Shown one piece after another: positions 48,296 to 58,047 of a DNA stretch of 64,000 nt. A program made the position numbers and the translations under genes. The number at the start of each line of letters is the position of its first letter. The stretch's first letter is position 1. The stretch comes from an uncultured Gammaproteobacteria bacterium (GTDB lineage: Bacteria; Patescibacteriota; Microgenomatia; Levybacterales; GWA1-39-11). Under the pieces are notes generated by a model, which searched no databases, was not told the origin of the DNA, and was given only the letters and a program-made list of their open reading frames with translations. The stretch lies in the NCBI GenBank assembly GCA_964627245.1, contig CAZVGS010000001.1, positions 25,256 through 89,255 of the forward strand, given 5' to 3'.

Positions 48296-48649
48296 TTAAT
48301 TTCTGTCCCAGCCTCCTCTGTCTCCTCCGCGTCTATCGTCTCGTCCTCCGCGTCTATCAAATCCTCCTCTTCCGCCTCCAAAGCCTCCGCCTTGTGGTCT
48401 CTCCTCTCTAGGTCTTGCAACTGAAACAAAAATTGTTCTGTCTCCCATTGCCGATTTATCAAGAGCAGTTATTGCTTCTTGAGCTTTAGCATCATCTTCA
48501 AGTTCTACGAACCCAAAGCCTTTGCTTCTTCCGCTATCTCGGTCTGTAATTAGAGTTGCAGATAATACATTTCCGTACTCGGAAAATATAGTCTTCAATT
48601 CATCTTCTGTTGTTTGGTATGGTAAATTACCAACATAAAGTTTTGTCAT
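48296..48649 (-). CDS. RRM RNA-binding protein with RGG tail
   Basis: RNP2 LYVGNL, RNP1 KGFGFVE; SD AAAGGTGG. Confidence 0.95.
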   Translation of the reverse strand: MTKLYVGNLPYQTTEDELKTIFSEYGNVLSATLITDRDSGRSKGFGFVELEDDAKAQEAITALDKSAMGDRTIFVSVARPREERPQGGGFGGGRGGFDRRGGRDDRRGGDRGGWDRN

Positions 48650-48927
48650 AAAATGTTCACCACCTTTCTTTTTCGGATAATTAGTTTATGTGTGTCTATA
48701 GGTACTGAGGCTAAATGCGGAACTTTCCTTCTTAGCTATTGTATTATAGCATAAATAAATTAGTTGCGATATCAAAGTATCCGAGAATATATTGCTTGTA
48801 CTTTTTTTACTCAATTTTTTGCTTCAAAATTTTGCGTGAAGCGCTATATTTTTCATGAGAGTAAAATGTTGTAAGTATATAGTTTTGCGCTTATTGACAA
48901 TAAATTTTTTTGATCATATCATGAAGT

Positions 48928-48987
48928 AGTTTTGGGCTGCCTTAAATTACAACCCGGTTCTTGTATAAAGACTGGGTTGTTTTTTGT
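48928..48987 (+). ncRNA. Candidate ~60-nt small RNA
   Basis: TTGACA(48894)-17-TATCAT(48917); no ORF; terminator ACAACCCGGTT/GACTGGGTTGT plus T run; 5' part complementary to the minus-strand leader at 11360-11376. Confidence 0.6.
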
Positions 48988-49593
48988 TTAGGTGGATTTT
49001 TTTGTTAAAACGAGTGACCAAGCAAAAGGATGTTTGCTTTTTACTACAGTCAAGCCTTGCTTTCTAAGAAATTTTTCAAATCCCCACGCGCTCCAGTGAT
49101 TTATATGTTCGGGGTGATTTCCAAAATTTCTAATATATTTTCCCCTCATGAAGTTAGCACCTATAAAAAGGGGCTCATTTGGAACTGAAAAGATAAGGTA
49201 TTTTCTCGTCACTCTTTTAATTTCTTCAACTGCCCGCTCAGGATTTTCTAGATGCTCCAAGACCTCGGTGCAAAGCGATAAATCAAAGCTGTTGTCTTTA
49301 TATTTAAGATCATAAATATCTCCTTCAAAAAGACTAAGATGAGGGTAAATTTTCTTTCCTATTTTAATGGCATCTTTGGAGTAGTCAATACCCTCGTTTT
49401 TATTACCGATTTTCTTCTCCTCAAGTTTTTTCAGAGTAAAACCCTCACCACAACCCACATCAAGAATACTCTGCGCTTTAAGAGGCTTTATCATCTTAAA
49501 AAGAGTCTTGTAGAAATTGTCAATCAAAGCCCTCTGGATGGGATTTTGATTTTGATGTTTTAGGAAGTTTGTTGTTTCGGGCACAAGTGTCAT
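48988..49593 (-). CDS. Class I SAM-dependent methyltransferase
   Basis: ILDVGCGEG and CTEVLEHL. Confidence 0.9.
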   Translation of the reverse strand: MTLVPETTNFLKHQNQNPIQRALIDNFYKTLFKMIKPLKAQSILDVGCGEGFTLKKLEEKKIGNKNEGIDYSKDAIKIGKKIYPHLSLFEGDIYDLKYKDNSFDLSLCTEVLEHLENPERAVEEIKRVTRKYLIFSVPNEPLFIGANFMRGKYIRNFGNHPEHINHWSAWGFEKFLRKQGLTVVKSKHPFAWSLVLTKKST

Positions 49594-49651
49594 TATAAAG
49601 CTTTTGATGCTTACCATCAATCACAAACAAAAATTGCTATACTGTATTTTT

Positions 49652-50611
49652 ATGAAGGTACTTGGCAATTTTCTATTCTGGTTTATTGTTATTCTTATAA
49701 CTTCAAACATCATACTCATGGTTTTTTCTTATAAAGGCACCAGCCTGAATATTAATACTTTAGCTTCCCCTTTACCTAAAATTATAACTGACACCTTCAA
49801 TAGAAATTCTTTTTTTTGGCAGCCTAATTTTACTGCTAAAGCAAGCTCTTCTGAGAATTTGGGACTTACAGCTATGAGCGCGATTTCCTACGATACTGCA
49901 ACAGACAAGCTTTTGTATGAAAAAAAATCGGGAGAAAGACTGCCAATGGCCTCTTTAACAAAAATTATGACTGCCATAATTGCACTTGAAAATTTAAATC
50001 TTTCTGAAAAAGTAGTTGTTACAAAAAACGCTTCTGAAATAGGGGAAGGAACAATGGGTCTTTCGGATGGTGAAAGTCTTACAGTAAATGAACTACTCTA
50101 TGGACTGCTTCTTCAATCTGGGAATGATGCAGCTGAAACCATTGCCCAAACCAGTAAGTTTGGCAGATCCCGTTTTTTACATTTAATGAATAAAAAGGCA
50201 GAAGACCTGGGCCTTTCAAACACTAGATTTACCAACCCCTCAGGTCTTGAGGGAGATGGAGAACAGTACTCCACCGGAAAAGATCTTGTCGTTTTGACAA
50301 ATTATGCTATGAAAAACCCGGAATTTGCAAAAATTGTAGGAACATATGAGTACGTTATCCCACAGACTCAAGAACATAAAGAATTTCATCTCTTCAACGA
50401 AACCAATCTATTAACAACCTACCCCGGGGTTAAGGGTGTCAAAACAGGATATACTTATGAGGCAGGACTTTGCCTTGTTACCTACTTGGACTATGAGGGA
50501 CACAAAATTATCGCAGTGCTTCTGAATAGTCAAAACCGCCGCGAAGAAATGGCAGAACTTCTGGACTACAGCCTAAGAGAACTTGAAATAGAACCGCCAG
50601 AAAGAAGCTAA
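49652..50611 (+). CDS. D-alanyl-D-alanine carboxypeptidase (peptidase S11)
   Basis: SLTK, SGN and KTG motifs. Confidence 0.93.
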   Translation: MKVLGNFLFWFIVILITSNIILMVFSYKGTSLNINTLASPLPKIITDTFNRNSFFWQPNFTAKASSSENLGLTAMSAISYDTATDKLLYEKKSGERLPMASLTKIMTAIIALENLNLSEKVVVTKNASEIGEGTMGLSDGESLTVNELLYGLLLQSGNDAAETIAQTSKFGRSRFLHLMNKKAEDLGLSNTRFTNPSGLEGDGEQYSTGKDLVVLTNYAMKNPEFAKIVGTYEYVIPQTQEHKEFHLFNETNLLTTYPGVKGVKTGYTYEAGLCLVTYLDYEGHKIIAVLLNSQNRREEMAELLDYSLRELEIEPPERS

Positions 50612-50649
50612 TTTTTTATACATTAAGTCTTTCCTCAAAAACCTTTTTG

Positions 50650-50731
50650 TGCCTGAGGTGGGACTCGAACCCACATCGGGAAACCCGACACGCTCTTAAG
50701 GCGTGCGTGTATACCATTCCACCACTCAGGC
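50650..50731 (-). tRNA. tRNA-Leu(TAA)
   Basis: CACGC-CT TAA GA-GCGTG. Confidence 0.95.
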
Positions 50732-50773
50732 GCTTAAGTATTTTAGTATTAGTAAGACCTAAAAACAACCTTG

Positions 50774-51349
50774 TTACTTTATGTTGTTTTTCAGAAATTC
50801 AATTATTCTTTCGTGATAATTATAAAAGATCCACATGTTAAGAATTATTAACCCGGGAAATACTATTCCTTTTTCAATAAAACTTCCGGTATGAAATCTC
50901 AATGCCTTAACAGGAGGAATACCGAATTTTATTGGAATCGGGAAAAACCACGGAACACCGCCATGCGTAAAGCTATCTGCAACCAAATGTGACACCACGC
51001 CAATCATAAAAGACCACCACACAACATTACCATCAACTATCAGCACATTTGAAGTCAAAGTCAAAAACAGTTTTGAAATAACACCAAAAAAAACAATTCC
51101 CAAGACAGAATGAGAGATGTGTCTATGACCTCCGAATATTGGGGCTAAAACCTTACCCAACAATCTTCCAAGCCTCACCCTTTTCCAGAGTGTGCCTGTT
51201 GACTGGTCTATATCAGGCGCAAGTCCGCCTATCATATTGGCCGAAAAGGCTATAAAGGCTGTGGCCAAAGTCATTTGTCCAACCGGCTGGGTCGCTACAA
51301 TAAAAGACATAGCAGTAAATGCAGTAAGGTCATGAGTTCTTCCGGTCAT
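50774..51349 (-). CDS. YdjM-like membrane metal-dependent hydrolase
   Basis: MTGRTH, PDID, GHRHISHS and SHLVAD. Confidence 0.88.
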   Translation of the reverse strand: MTGRTHDLTAFTAMSFIVATQPVGQMTLATAFIAFSANMIGGLAPDIDQSTGTLWKRVRLGRLLGKVLAPIFGGHRHISHSVLGIVFFGVISKLFLTLTSNVLIVDGNVVWWSFMIGVVSHLVADSFTHGGVPWFFPIPIKFGIPPVKALRFHTGSFIEKGIVFPGLIILNMWIFYNYHERIIEFLKNNIK

Positions 51350-51350
51350 A

Positions 51351-52238
51351 CTAATCCTTGAGGTTTTCTTCAAAAAAAGCGTCTAAAAGCTCCAAATACT
51401 TGTCAGGGTTTTTAATGTAGGTTTCGACATGTCCGGTATTTGGAAATGTAACTCTTTTTGCGTTTGTTACCATATTGAAAAGTTCTTCTGAATTAGAAGG
51501 CGCGATTAAAGTATCGCTTTCTCCATGAAGGAACAGAAGCGGAGTATTGCCAAGCAAAGAGATTTTATCAATAGGTCTTACCCTATCAATGTCTATATCA
51601 AAAAATAGCCTGGCTGCCAAAAAAGACCCGGGGTATAAAAAGCGAGGCACACTATGATCATCTTCCATTATATTTGAAACTATACTTTTGATTTCTGAGG
51701 CCGGGCTATCAAGAACTACAGCACCTGCATCCTTAATATCATTTCCGGCCATGATTGTTGCAATTGCACCCAATGAGTCACTAATAATCCCAATACTCTC
51801 AGGCTTGAACTCCTGCTTAATCAAATAATTGAAAGCCCCTGCAACATCATCTGCCTCATGCTGACCAAAACTTATCCTGACTTTTTGAGATTCTCCTATT
51901 CCTCGGAGGTCAAACATCAAAAGAGAATACCCTTGCTCATAAAAATGCTTTGCTATTTCAGGTGCCCCGTAGACCTCATTGGCTCTATTTTGGTTCCCCG
52001 CCCCGTGTACAAAAATTATCGCTTTGTCATTAACTCCTCTAAAATACCAGCCAGCAAGCTGAACATTATCCTTTGACCGGAAAACAACGTCTGCCACCCT
52101 TTCACCTATGAGCTTTTTGTCGTACTTAATAGGAGTTTCAGCGGGCGATGTCAGTGTTGATGCTATATACAAACTAACCCCGCCGTAGAGTGAAAGAAGA
52201 AAGACTATTACAGCTGAGATAAGTACTGTTAACCCCAT
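51351..52238 (-). CDS. Membrane-anchored alpha/beta hydrolase
   Basis: FVHG, FDLRGIGES, xDSLG, LHGESD and GH. Confidence 0.85.
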   Translation of the reverse strand: MGLTVLISAVIVFLLSLYGGVSLYIASTLTSPAETPIKYDKKLIGERVADVVFRSKDNVQLAGWYFRGVNDKAIIFVHGAGNQNRANEVYGAPEIAKHFYEQGYSLLMFDLRGIGESQKVRISFGQHEADDVAGAFNYLIKQEFKPESIGIISDSLGAIATIMAGNDIKDAGAVVLDSPASEIKSIVSNIMEDDHSVPRFLYPGSFLAARLFFDIDIDRVRPIDKISLLGNTPLLFLHGESDTLIAPSNSEELFNMVTNAKRVTFPNTGHVETYIKNPDKYLELLDAFFEENLKD

Positions 52239-52253
52239 ATTAAGATATTATCA

Positions 52254-53456
52254 CTAATCCCAGTCTTTCCGATAGTACTTTTTACCTTTGAGGCTTTTTG
52301 GAAGATATTCCTGCTCCGCTTTTTTTCCGGTTTCTTTTTCAACTTTCCAAGCGTATCTTGTGTGATCCTTCCCGTATCCCAGCCCTTTCATAACCTTATT
52401 TGAGGCGTTTCTAAGGTGAAAAGGTATTTCGGGTAAATTTTCTATCTCAACATCGTTTAAGGCTTCAAATATACCATTTGTCGATGCAATAGATTTCTTA
52501 GCAGAAGCCAAAAAAGTAGCGCACTGGGAAAGTATAAGCTGCGACTCAGGCATTCCTATCATGGTTACAGCAGACATTGCACTTGTTGCAACGACAAGAG
52601 CAGTAGGCTGGGCATTTCCAATATCTTCTGAGGCAAAAATGACCATTCTGCGCGCAATAAATAAAGGGTCCTCCCCCGCTTTTATCATCCGTGCCAAATA
52701 GTGAAGGGTTGCATCAGGATCGCTTCCCCTCATAGACTTTATAAAGGCCGATATTGTGTCGTAGTGATAATCCCCTTTTTTGTCATAATAGACAGCCCTT
52801 CTCTGAACCGCTTCTTCAGCTACTTCAAGGTCAAGCTTATCTGCTAAAATTACTGCCTGCTCAACAGCATTTATGGCAAATCTGGCGTCACCATTGGAAT
52901 AATTAACTATATGATCAACAAATTCCTTGCCGTACTTCACCTTAGGATAATTTTTTAATGCTTTTAAGACAACCTTTCTTATGTCCTTATTTTCTAAAGA
53001 TTTCAAAACAAAAAGACTTGATCTTGAGAGAAGAGGCGCATTTATCCTGAACCCTGGGTTTTCAGTGGTTGCACCTATCAAAACAATCGTCCCGTTTTCA
53101 ACATGAGGCAAAAAAGCATCCTGCTGGGATTTATTAAACCTGTGTATCTCATCGACAAACAAAATTGTCTGCTTTCCCATTTTCCCGACCTCGCGTGCCT
53201 TTTCGATAACTTTTCTGACATCCGCAACTCCTGAGGTGACGGCAGAGAAAAAAACAAAGTCCGCTTTGACTGAATTTGCAATAACAGTTGCCAGGGTTGT
53301 TTTGCCGGATCCGGGAGGTCCCCAAAACATCATCGAAGTTATTTTCCCCGATTCTATCATTGATCTTATCGGCTTACCCTTACCGACCAAATGCTCTTGA
53401 CCGATAATCTGAGTGATCTTTTGAGGGCGCAAAACCTCTGCCAAGGGTTTTTCCAT
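52254..53456 (-). CDS. rarA: Replication-associated recombination protein A
   Basis: GPPGSGKTT, DEIHRFNK, ATTENP, SAFIKSMRGSD and ASEDIG. Confidence 0.96.
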   Translation of the reverse strand: MEKPLAEVLRPQKITQIIGQEHLVGKGKPIRSMIESGKITSMMFWGPPGSGKTTLATVIANSVKADFVFFSAVTSGVADVRKVIEKAREVGKMGKQTILFVDEIHRFNKSQQDAFLPHVENGTIVLIGATTENPGFRINAPLLSRSSLFVLKSLENKDIRKVVLKALKNYPKVKYGKEFVDHIVNYSNGDARFAINAVEQAVILADKLDLEVAEEAVQRRAVYYDKKGDYHYDTISAFIKSMRGSDPDATLHYLARMIKAGEDPLFIARRMVIFASEDIGNAQPTALVVATSAMSAVTMIGMPESQLILSQCATFLASAKKSIASTNGIFEALNDVEIENLPEIPFHLRNASNKVMKGLGYGKDHTRYAWKVEKETGKKAEQEYLPKSLKGKKYYRKDWD

Positions 53457-53536
53457 AGGGTAATTGTACCACCAACAGCAAGCTGTCTCGTGGCATAACA
53501 CATTCTATGCTGAATTTTTGGTAAAATAGGATTCTC

Positions 53537-53608
53537 GGGCCCATGGCTCAATGGTAGAGTACTTCCATGGCATGGAAGGGGTTAGGAGTTCGAATCTCCT
53601 TGGGTCCA
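53537..53608 (+). tRNA. tRNA-Ala(GGC)
   Basis: CTTCC-AT GGC AT-GGAAG; G3:U70 pair. Confidence 0.95.
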
Positions 53609-53664
53609 CAAAGGTAGTTTCTTTCAGGTAACTTATTGACAAAAAAGAATGCGCGTGACATAGT

Positions 53665-54159
53665 ATGGACATGGAAAATCAGGCTCCAGCTCCAAAATCT
53701 TCATCAAAAACACCCATTATCCTCATTTCCGTGGTAGTTTTGATAATAATTGTCGGAGCTATTGTTTTCGCAATGTCCAACAAGCAGGAGGTTAACCAGA
53801 CAGCGGTTGACCAGACACCTGCTCCTACTTCCCAAGAAGTTGAAGCAACATCAGCAGGAGTTGAGTACAACAATGGCACCTATGACGCAGTAGGCAACTA
53901 CACTTCTCCCGGCGGAGAAGAGACCATCGACGTTACCCTGACACTTGCAGATGGCGTTATAACTGATGCAACAGTTGCATCAAATGCTACACGCCCAATT
54001 TCAAAACAAATGCAGTCCGCATTTATTGAAGGGTTCAAAGAACAGGTTGTTGGAAAAAACATTGATGAGGTCAATGTTACCAAGGTTTCAAGTTCATCAC
54101 TTACTCCAAAAGGATTTATGGACGCACTGGAAAAGGTTAAAACTCAAGCATCTGCTTAA
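53665..54159 (+). CDS. Membrane-anchored FMN-binding domain protein
   Basis: YNNGTY..GNY.SPGG, VTLTLADGVIT, VVGKNIDE and VSSSSLT; adjacent to apbE. Confidence 0.85.
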   Translation: MDMENQAPAPKSSSKTPIILISVVVLIIIVGAIVFAMSNKQEVNQTAVDQTPAPTSQEVEATSAGVEYNNGTYDAVGNYTSPGGEETIDVTLTLADGVITDATVASNATRPISKQMQSAFIEGFKEQVVGKNIDEVNVTKVSSSSLTPKGFMDALEKVKTQASA

Positions 54160-55010
54160 TGCACTCCTTCTCATTTGAGGCAATCGGAACCCAATGGACA
54201 GTAGATATACCCGAAGAAAATAACCGCCTCATACAAGAAATACTTAGACTAATTGCTTCATTTGACAATACATACTCAAGATTCCGTAAAGACTCAACCA
54301 TCTCTAAAATTTCAAATAAGATCGGCAGGCACAAAGCACCCGCTGATTTTTTACCGCTTAAAGAAATTTATGAGAAACTTTATTTTCTAACGGACGGCCT
54401 TTTTACTCCGCTTGTCGGCTCACTTCTTGAGGATGCAGGATACGACAGCACTTACTCATTAATACCTAAAACCCTCAAGCCTATAGGAGAATTGGGAAAG
54501 TCAGTGATTTTTGCAGACTTAAATATTGATACTCTAGAGCCAATTACCCTTGATTTTGGGGCTTGCGGAAAAGGTTATCTCGTCGACAAAGTTGCTCATT
54601 TAATAAGCAAAAAAGGTGTAAAAAATTATTGCATAGATGCCGGAGGGGACATACTTGTCAAAGACACAGAAGTAACCCGCATTGGTCTTGAGCATCCCGA
54701 GGATGCCGGCAAGGTCATTGGTGTTGCTGAAATTAAGAATATGAGCATTTGCTCATCCTCAGGAAATAGAAGGAAGTGGGGGTCATATCACCATATATTA
54801 AATCCTAAGACGCTAAAACCTGCAGATGAGATCATAGCAACTTGGGTTGTAGCGGAAAAAACTATAGATGCAGACGCTTTAGCCACGGCTCTTTTTTTAC
54901 TGCCAAAGCCCGAAAGATACAAAGACTTCAAATTTGAGTATGTAATGTTGTATAAAGATTATAGTGCCATAAAATCACTAAATTTCCCAGGGCAATTATT
55001 TACAGCATGA
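54159..55010 (+). CDS. apbE: FAD:protein FMN transferase
   Basis: AIGT, YSRFR.DS, DFGACGKG, DAGGD, HHILNP and DALATALF. Confidence 0.93.
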   Translation: MHSFSFEAIGTQWTVDIPEENNRLIQEILRLIASFDNTYSRFRKDSTISKISNKIGRHKAPADFLPLKEIYEKLYFLTDGLFTPLVGSLLEDAGYDSTYSLIPKTLKPIGELGKSVIFADLNIDTLEPITLDFGACGKGYLVDKVAHLISKKGVKNYCIDAGGDILVKDTEVTRIGLEHPEDAGKVIGVAEIKNMSICSSSGNRRKWGSYHHILNPKTLKPADEIIATWVVAEKTIDADALATALFLLPKPERYKDFKFEYVMLYKDYSAIKSLNFPGQLFTA

Positions 55011-56518
55011 ACCCGATTGATAATTTTCTCAACCGTTTTACAATGTACAGAGTGGTTGAGTATGGGTTGCTAACACTCACATGCTATTCATTCATTTTAA
55101 GCTTACTGAGCTCAATCTCATTCAATCCCTTAGAACTATTTACTACTCTTGCATCACTCACTTTTGCTTGCTATTTTTCAAATTTATTATTCGGAAAGCT
55201 CTTCAAAGTACCAATTAATGCTGAATCATCAATAATAACTGCTCTTATTTTGTTTTTTCTGCTTTGGCCGTCCAGCCAGATAGAAAGCGTATTACTCTTT
55301 CTTGCAGCCGGATTAATTGCAATGGCTTCAAAATATATTATTGCTTTTCGGGGAAAACACATATTCAATCCTGCAGCTGTCGCTGTTTTTTTGCTTATGT
55401 TCTTAAATAACGGCGCGATATGGTGGATTGCAACGCCATTTATGCTGCCTGCAGTACTTGTTGTGGGTCTGCTTATTGTTAGAAAAATACGAAGATTTAC
55501 CATGTTTTTTACTTTCTTAACAGTAAGCTTGTTAACTTTTCTTGGTTTTGTGGCACTTAATGGTAAAGACCCTATTGATGAATTAAAGATCTTTTATTTT
55601 TCTTTTCCGGTAGTTTTTTTGGGTACAGTTATGCTCACAGAACCGCTAACAACTCCTCCTACTAAAAAACTTCAAATCATTTACGCTGCAATTGTCGGAG
55701 TTATATTTTCTCTTCAAACTCCTCTTGGTCATTTCTATCCGACTCCTGAGGTAGCCATCCTTGTTGGTAATTTATTTTCATTTGCGGCAAGTCCGAAGTA
55801 CAAATTGAAGCTAAAACTTCTTAATAAAGTTGAAGTCGCAAAAAAAACACTTGAGTTTTCTTTCGAAAAACCCGCCAATTTTAGTTTTAGCCCCGGCCAG
55901 TACCTGGAATGGACATTGCCTATTCTAAGAACCGACGGAAGAGGAAATAGGCGCTATTTTACAATTGCATCCTCACCTACCGAAGACAAATTAAGACTTG
56001 CTGTCAAGCTCAACACTCCTTCAAGCACTTTCAAAAAGTTTCTCTCAAATCTTAAAGACAGCCAATTTATAACAGCAGGAAGTCTAGCGGGCGATTTCAC
56101 TCTAAAACATTCAAAAAAAAATAACTTGGTATTTATAGCCGGCGGAATTGGAATTACTCCTTTCAGAAGTATTATCAAAGAGCTGGTAGACAATAAAGAC
56201 ACAAGGAGGGTTGTCCTTTTCTACAGCAATAAAACTTCGGAGGAAATAGCCTATCAGGAATTTCTTGGGGATGCTTCTCAAAGAATCAATCTTGAAGTCG
56301 TGTACGTTCTAACCGAAACTGAAAACATACCCTCAAATTTTAGAGGAGAAAAAGGAAGAATAACAAGCCAAATGCTTTCAAAATACATAAAAAACACAGC
56401 AGATTGTGATTATTTTCTCTCAGGACCTATATCGATGGTTAACGGTTACAAAAGTCTGCTTAAATCAATGAATGCTAACGGAAAAAATATTTTTACCGAC
56501 TATTTTCCCGGGTTTTAG
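55007..56518 (+). CDS. RnfD/NqrB-like membrane domain fused to FNR-type NAD(P)H oxidoreductase
   Basis: KHIFNPAA and MLTEPLTTP; C-terminal PGQY, RYFTIASSP, AGGIGITPF and SGP. Confidence 0.88.
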   Translation: MNPIDNFLNRFTMYRVVEYGLLTLTCYSFILSLLSSISFNPLELFTTLASLTFACYFSNLLFGKLFKVPINAESSIITALILFFLLWPSSQIESVLLFLAAGLIAMASKYIIAFRGKHIFNPAAVAVFLLMFLNNGAIWWIATPFMLPAVLVVGLLIVRKIRRFTMFFTFLTVSLLTFLGFVALNGKDPIDELKIFYFSFPVVFLGTVMLTEPLTTPPTKKLQIIYAAIVGVIFSLQTPLGHFYPTPEVAILVGNLFSFAASPKYKLKLKLLNKVEVAKKTLEFSFEKPANFSFSPGQYLEWTLPILRTDGRGNRRYFTIASSPTEDKLRLAVKLNTPSSTFKKFLSNLKDSQFITAGSLAGDFTLKHSKKNNLVFIAGGIGITPFRSIIKELVDNKDTRRVVLFYSNKTSEEIAYQEFLGDASQRINLEVVYVLTETENIPSNFRGEKGRITSQMLSKYIKNTADCDYFLSGPISMVNGYKSLLKSMNANGKNIFTDYFPGF

Positions 56519-56555
56519 GATTGACTTTATAAAGATATTCACATAGTATTTTGTT

Positions 56556-57071
56556 GTGAAGAAAATTGTAATTGCCCTCTCCTTGTTGTCTGCTTTACTC
56601 CTTATTGCTCTCGTTTTTGTTTTATTTAACAAACAGATCAACATTACTATTCCTCAAATAAATTTTTCAAATTTGAAAATGCCCGATGTAACACCCTTAC
56701 CCACAAACACAATGCTTGATGAACTTTCCGAAAATTCCATCGACAAAGATGTAAACGGAAGCAAAAGAATAGAAGCAAAAGGCATAACAATGGGAGGAAT
56801 CAAGCAAGGAGTAATCGAAGCCTCAAATTTTAAGTTTACTCCCGATGCCATACAAGTCAATGAAGGCGATACTGTAGTTATTACGATAAAAAACGTTCAG
56901 GGATTGCACGATTTCGTTATTGATGAGTTAGGAATTAAGACCAAAACACTTAAAGAAGGTGAATCTGAAGAAATTACATTTGTTGCTTCAAAAAAAGGTA
57001 CTTTCAACTTTTACAGCTCTATCGGTCAGCACAGGGTAATGGGAATGGAAGGAACCATGATAGTTAACTAG
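56556..57071 (+). CDS. Membrane-anchored cupredoxin-domain protein
   Basis: FTPDAIQV..GDTV, HDFVI and FYSSIGQHRVMGMEG. Confidence 0.82.
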   Translation: MKKIVIALSLLSALLLIALVFVLFNKQINITIPQINFSNLKMPDVTPLPTNTMLDELSENSIDKDVNGSKRIEAKGITMGGIKQGVIEASNFKFTPDAIQVNEGDTVVITIKNVQGLHDFVIDELGIKTKTLKEGESEEITFVASKKGTFNFYSSIGQHRVMGMEGTMIVN

Positions 57072-57999
57072 CTTTTCTATCCTCAAATCTCTTCTTAACT
57101 ACCTCAAATACATCTTTAATCCTGGTTGTGACCACTTCAAAAGTCGTTCTTTTCTTACAGATAAATTCTAAATTTTCTATGTCATCTTTTGAAGGTGTTA
57201 ATACATCAGTGGTTTGAGGGTACATGATAGATTTTGAATTTACGCTGTGATCAAGACCCAGCGCGTGCCCAAATTCGTGAGTTAGGGTGTGAAGGAACTC
57301 TTCGTGTGAAACGTCAATATAAATGCTGATCTTCCTGCTCTTCCCATCCTGCTCGTAGAGTCCTTCTTCAGGCTTTGTTACCAAAACTCCCTGATAATCA
57401 TCAATCGTATTATTTAGATATCTTGCGTTTGAATTATAGTCACTAGTCTCTTGTCCTAAAGCCTGAGCCTCAGCTGTCAAAGCTTCTGCCTCCCTCTTTA
57501 ACTCCTCCTGCCTTGCAATCAGCTTATCAAACTCTTCCTTAGGAGCACCCCCTTGTGAATTCCAGTAAGAAATGTCCGCGTTAAGTGACTTTACTTTTTG
57601 TTCAAACTCTAGCTTTCTTGTCTTGTAGTCTTCGATCTTGGGGTCAATCTCACTCTGCTTTTGCTTTAAGTCCTCACTCAAATCGTTGATTTTACTTGTT
57701 AATTCCTGCCTATTGTCATAAACCATGTTTATGGTAAAAGATGATTTAGGGTCGTACTGCAGTAAGTTTTTATTAAGTGCCTTATTCCAAATTCCGGCTG
57801 CAATCTTAGTGTCTTCCAATAACTCCTCAGCTGTAGTATTAAATCCCGAGTCAATTGTTCCGATTGAGTAAGTTATGGGCGTATCGCACGGTGAATAGTA
57901 GAAGACGCTGTTAAAAGCAGATTGAACTTGAGATCTAAAGAAAATAGCTGAAAGAACCGACACCAATAAAATAAAAATAGCTATAAAAATCTTTCTCAT
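57064..57999 (-). CDS. Matrixin-family metalloprotease with coiled-coil insert
   Basis: HEFGHALGLDH and Met-turn SIMYP. Confidence 0.9.
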   Translation of the reverse strand: MRKIFIAIFILLVSVLSAIFFRSQVQSAFNSVFYYSPCDTPITYSIGTIDSGFNTTAEELLEDTKIAAGIWNKALNKNLLQYDPKSSFTINMVYDNRQELTSKINDLSEDLKQKQSEIDPKIEDYKTRKLEFEQKVKSLNADISYWNSQGGAPKEEFDKLIARQEELKREAEALTAEAQALGQETSDYNSNARYLNNTIDDYQGVLVTKPEEGLYEQDGKSRKISIYIDVSHEEFLHTLTHEFGHALGLDHSVNSKSIMYPQTTDVLTPSKDDIENLEFICKKRTTFEVVTTRIKDVFEVVKKRFEDRKAS

Positions 58000-58047
58000 A
58001 ATTAATTTTAATAGCTTCCTTTACTAATGTCTATTATCCGACTTATT

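Noticed and set aside
48115-48462. Acidic 115-aa ORF
   Set aside because: Alternate frame of the RRM gene's RGG repeat tail.
51351-52238. SDSLG in place of GxSxG as an inactive hydrolase
   Set aside because: The catalytic Ser, Asp and His all appear present; variation at the first Gly is known.
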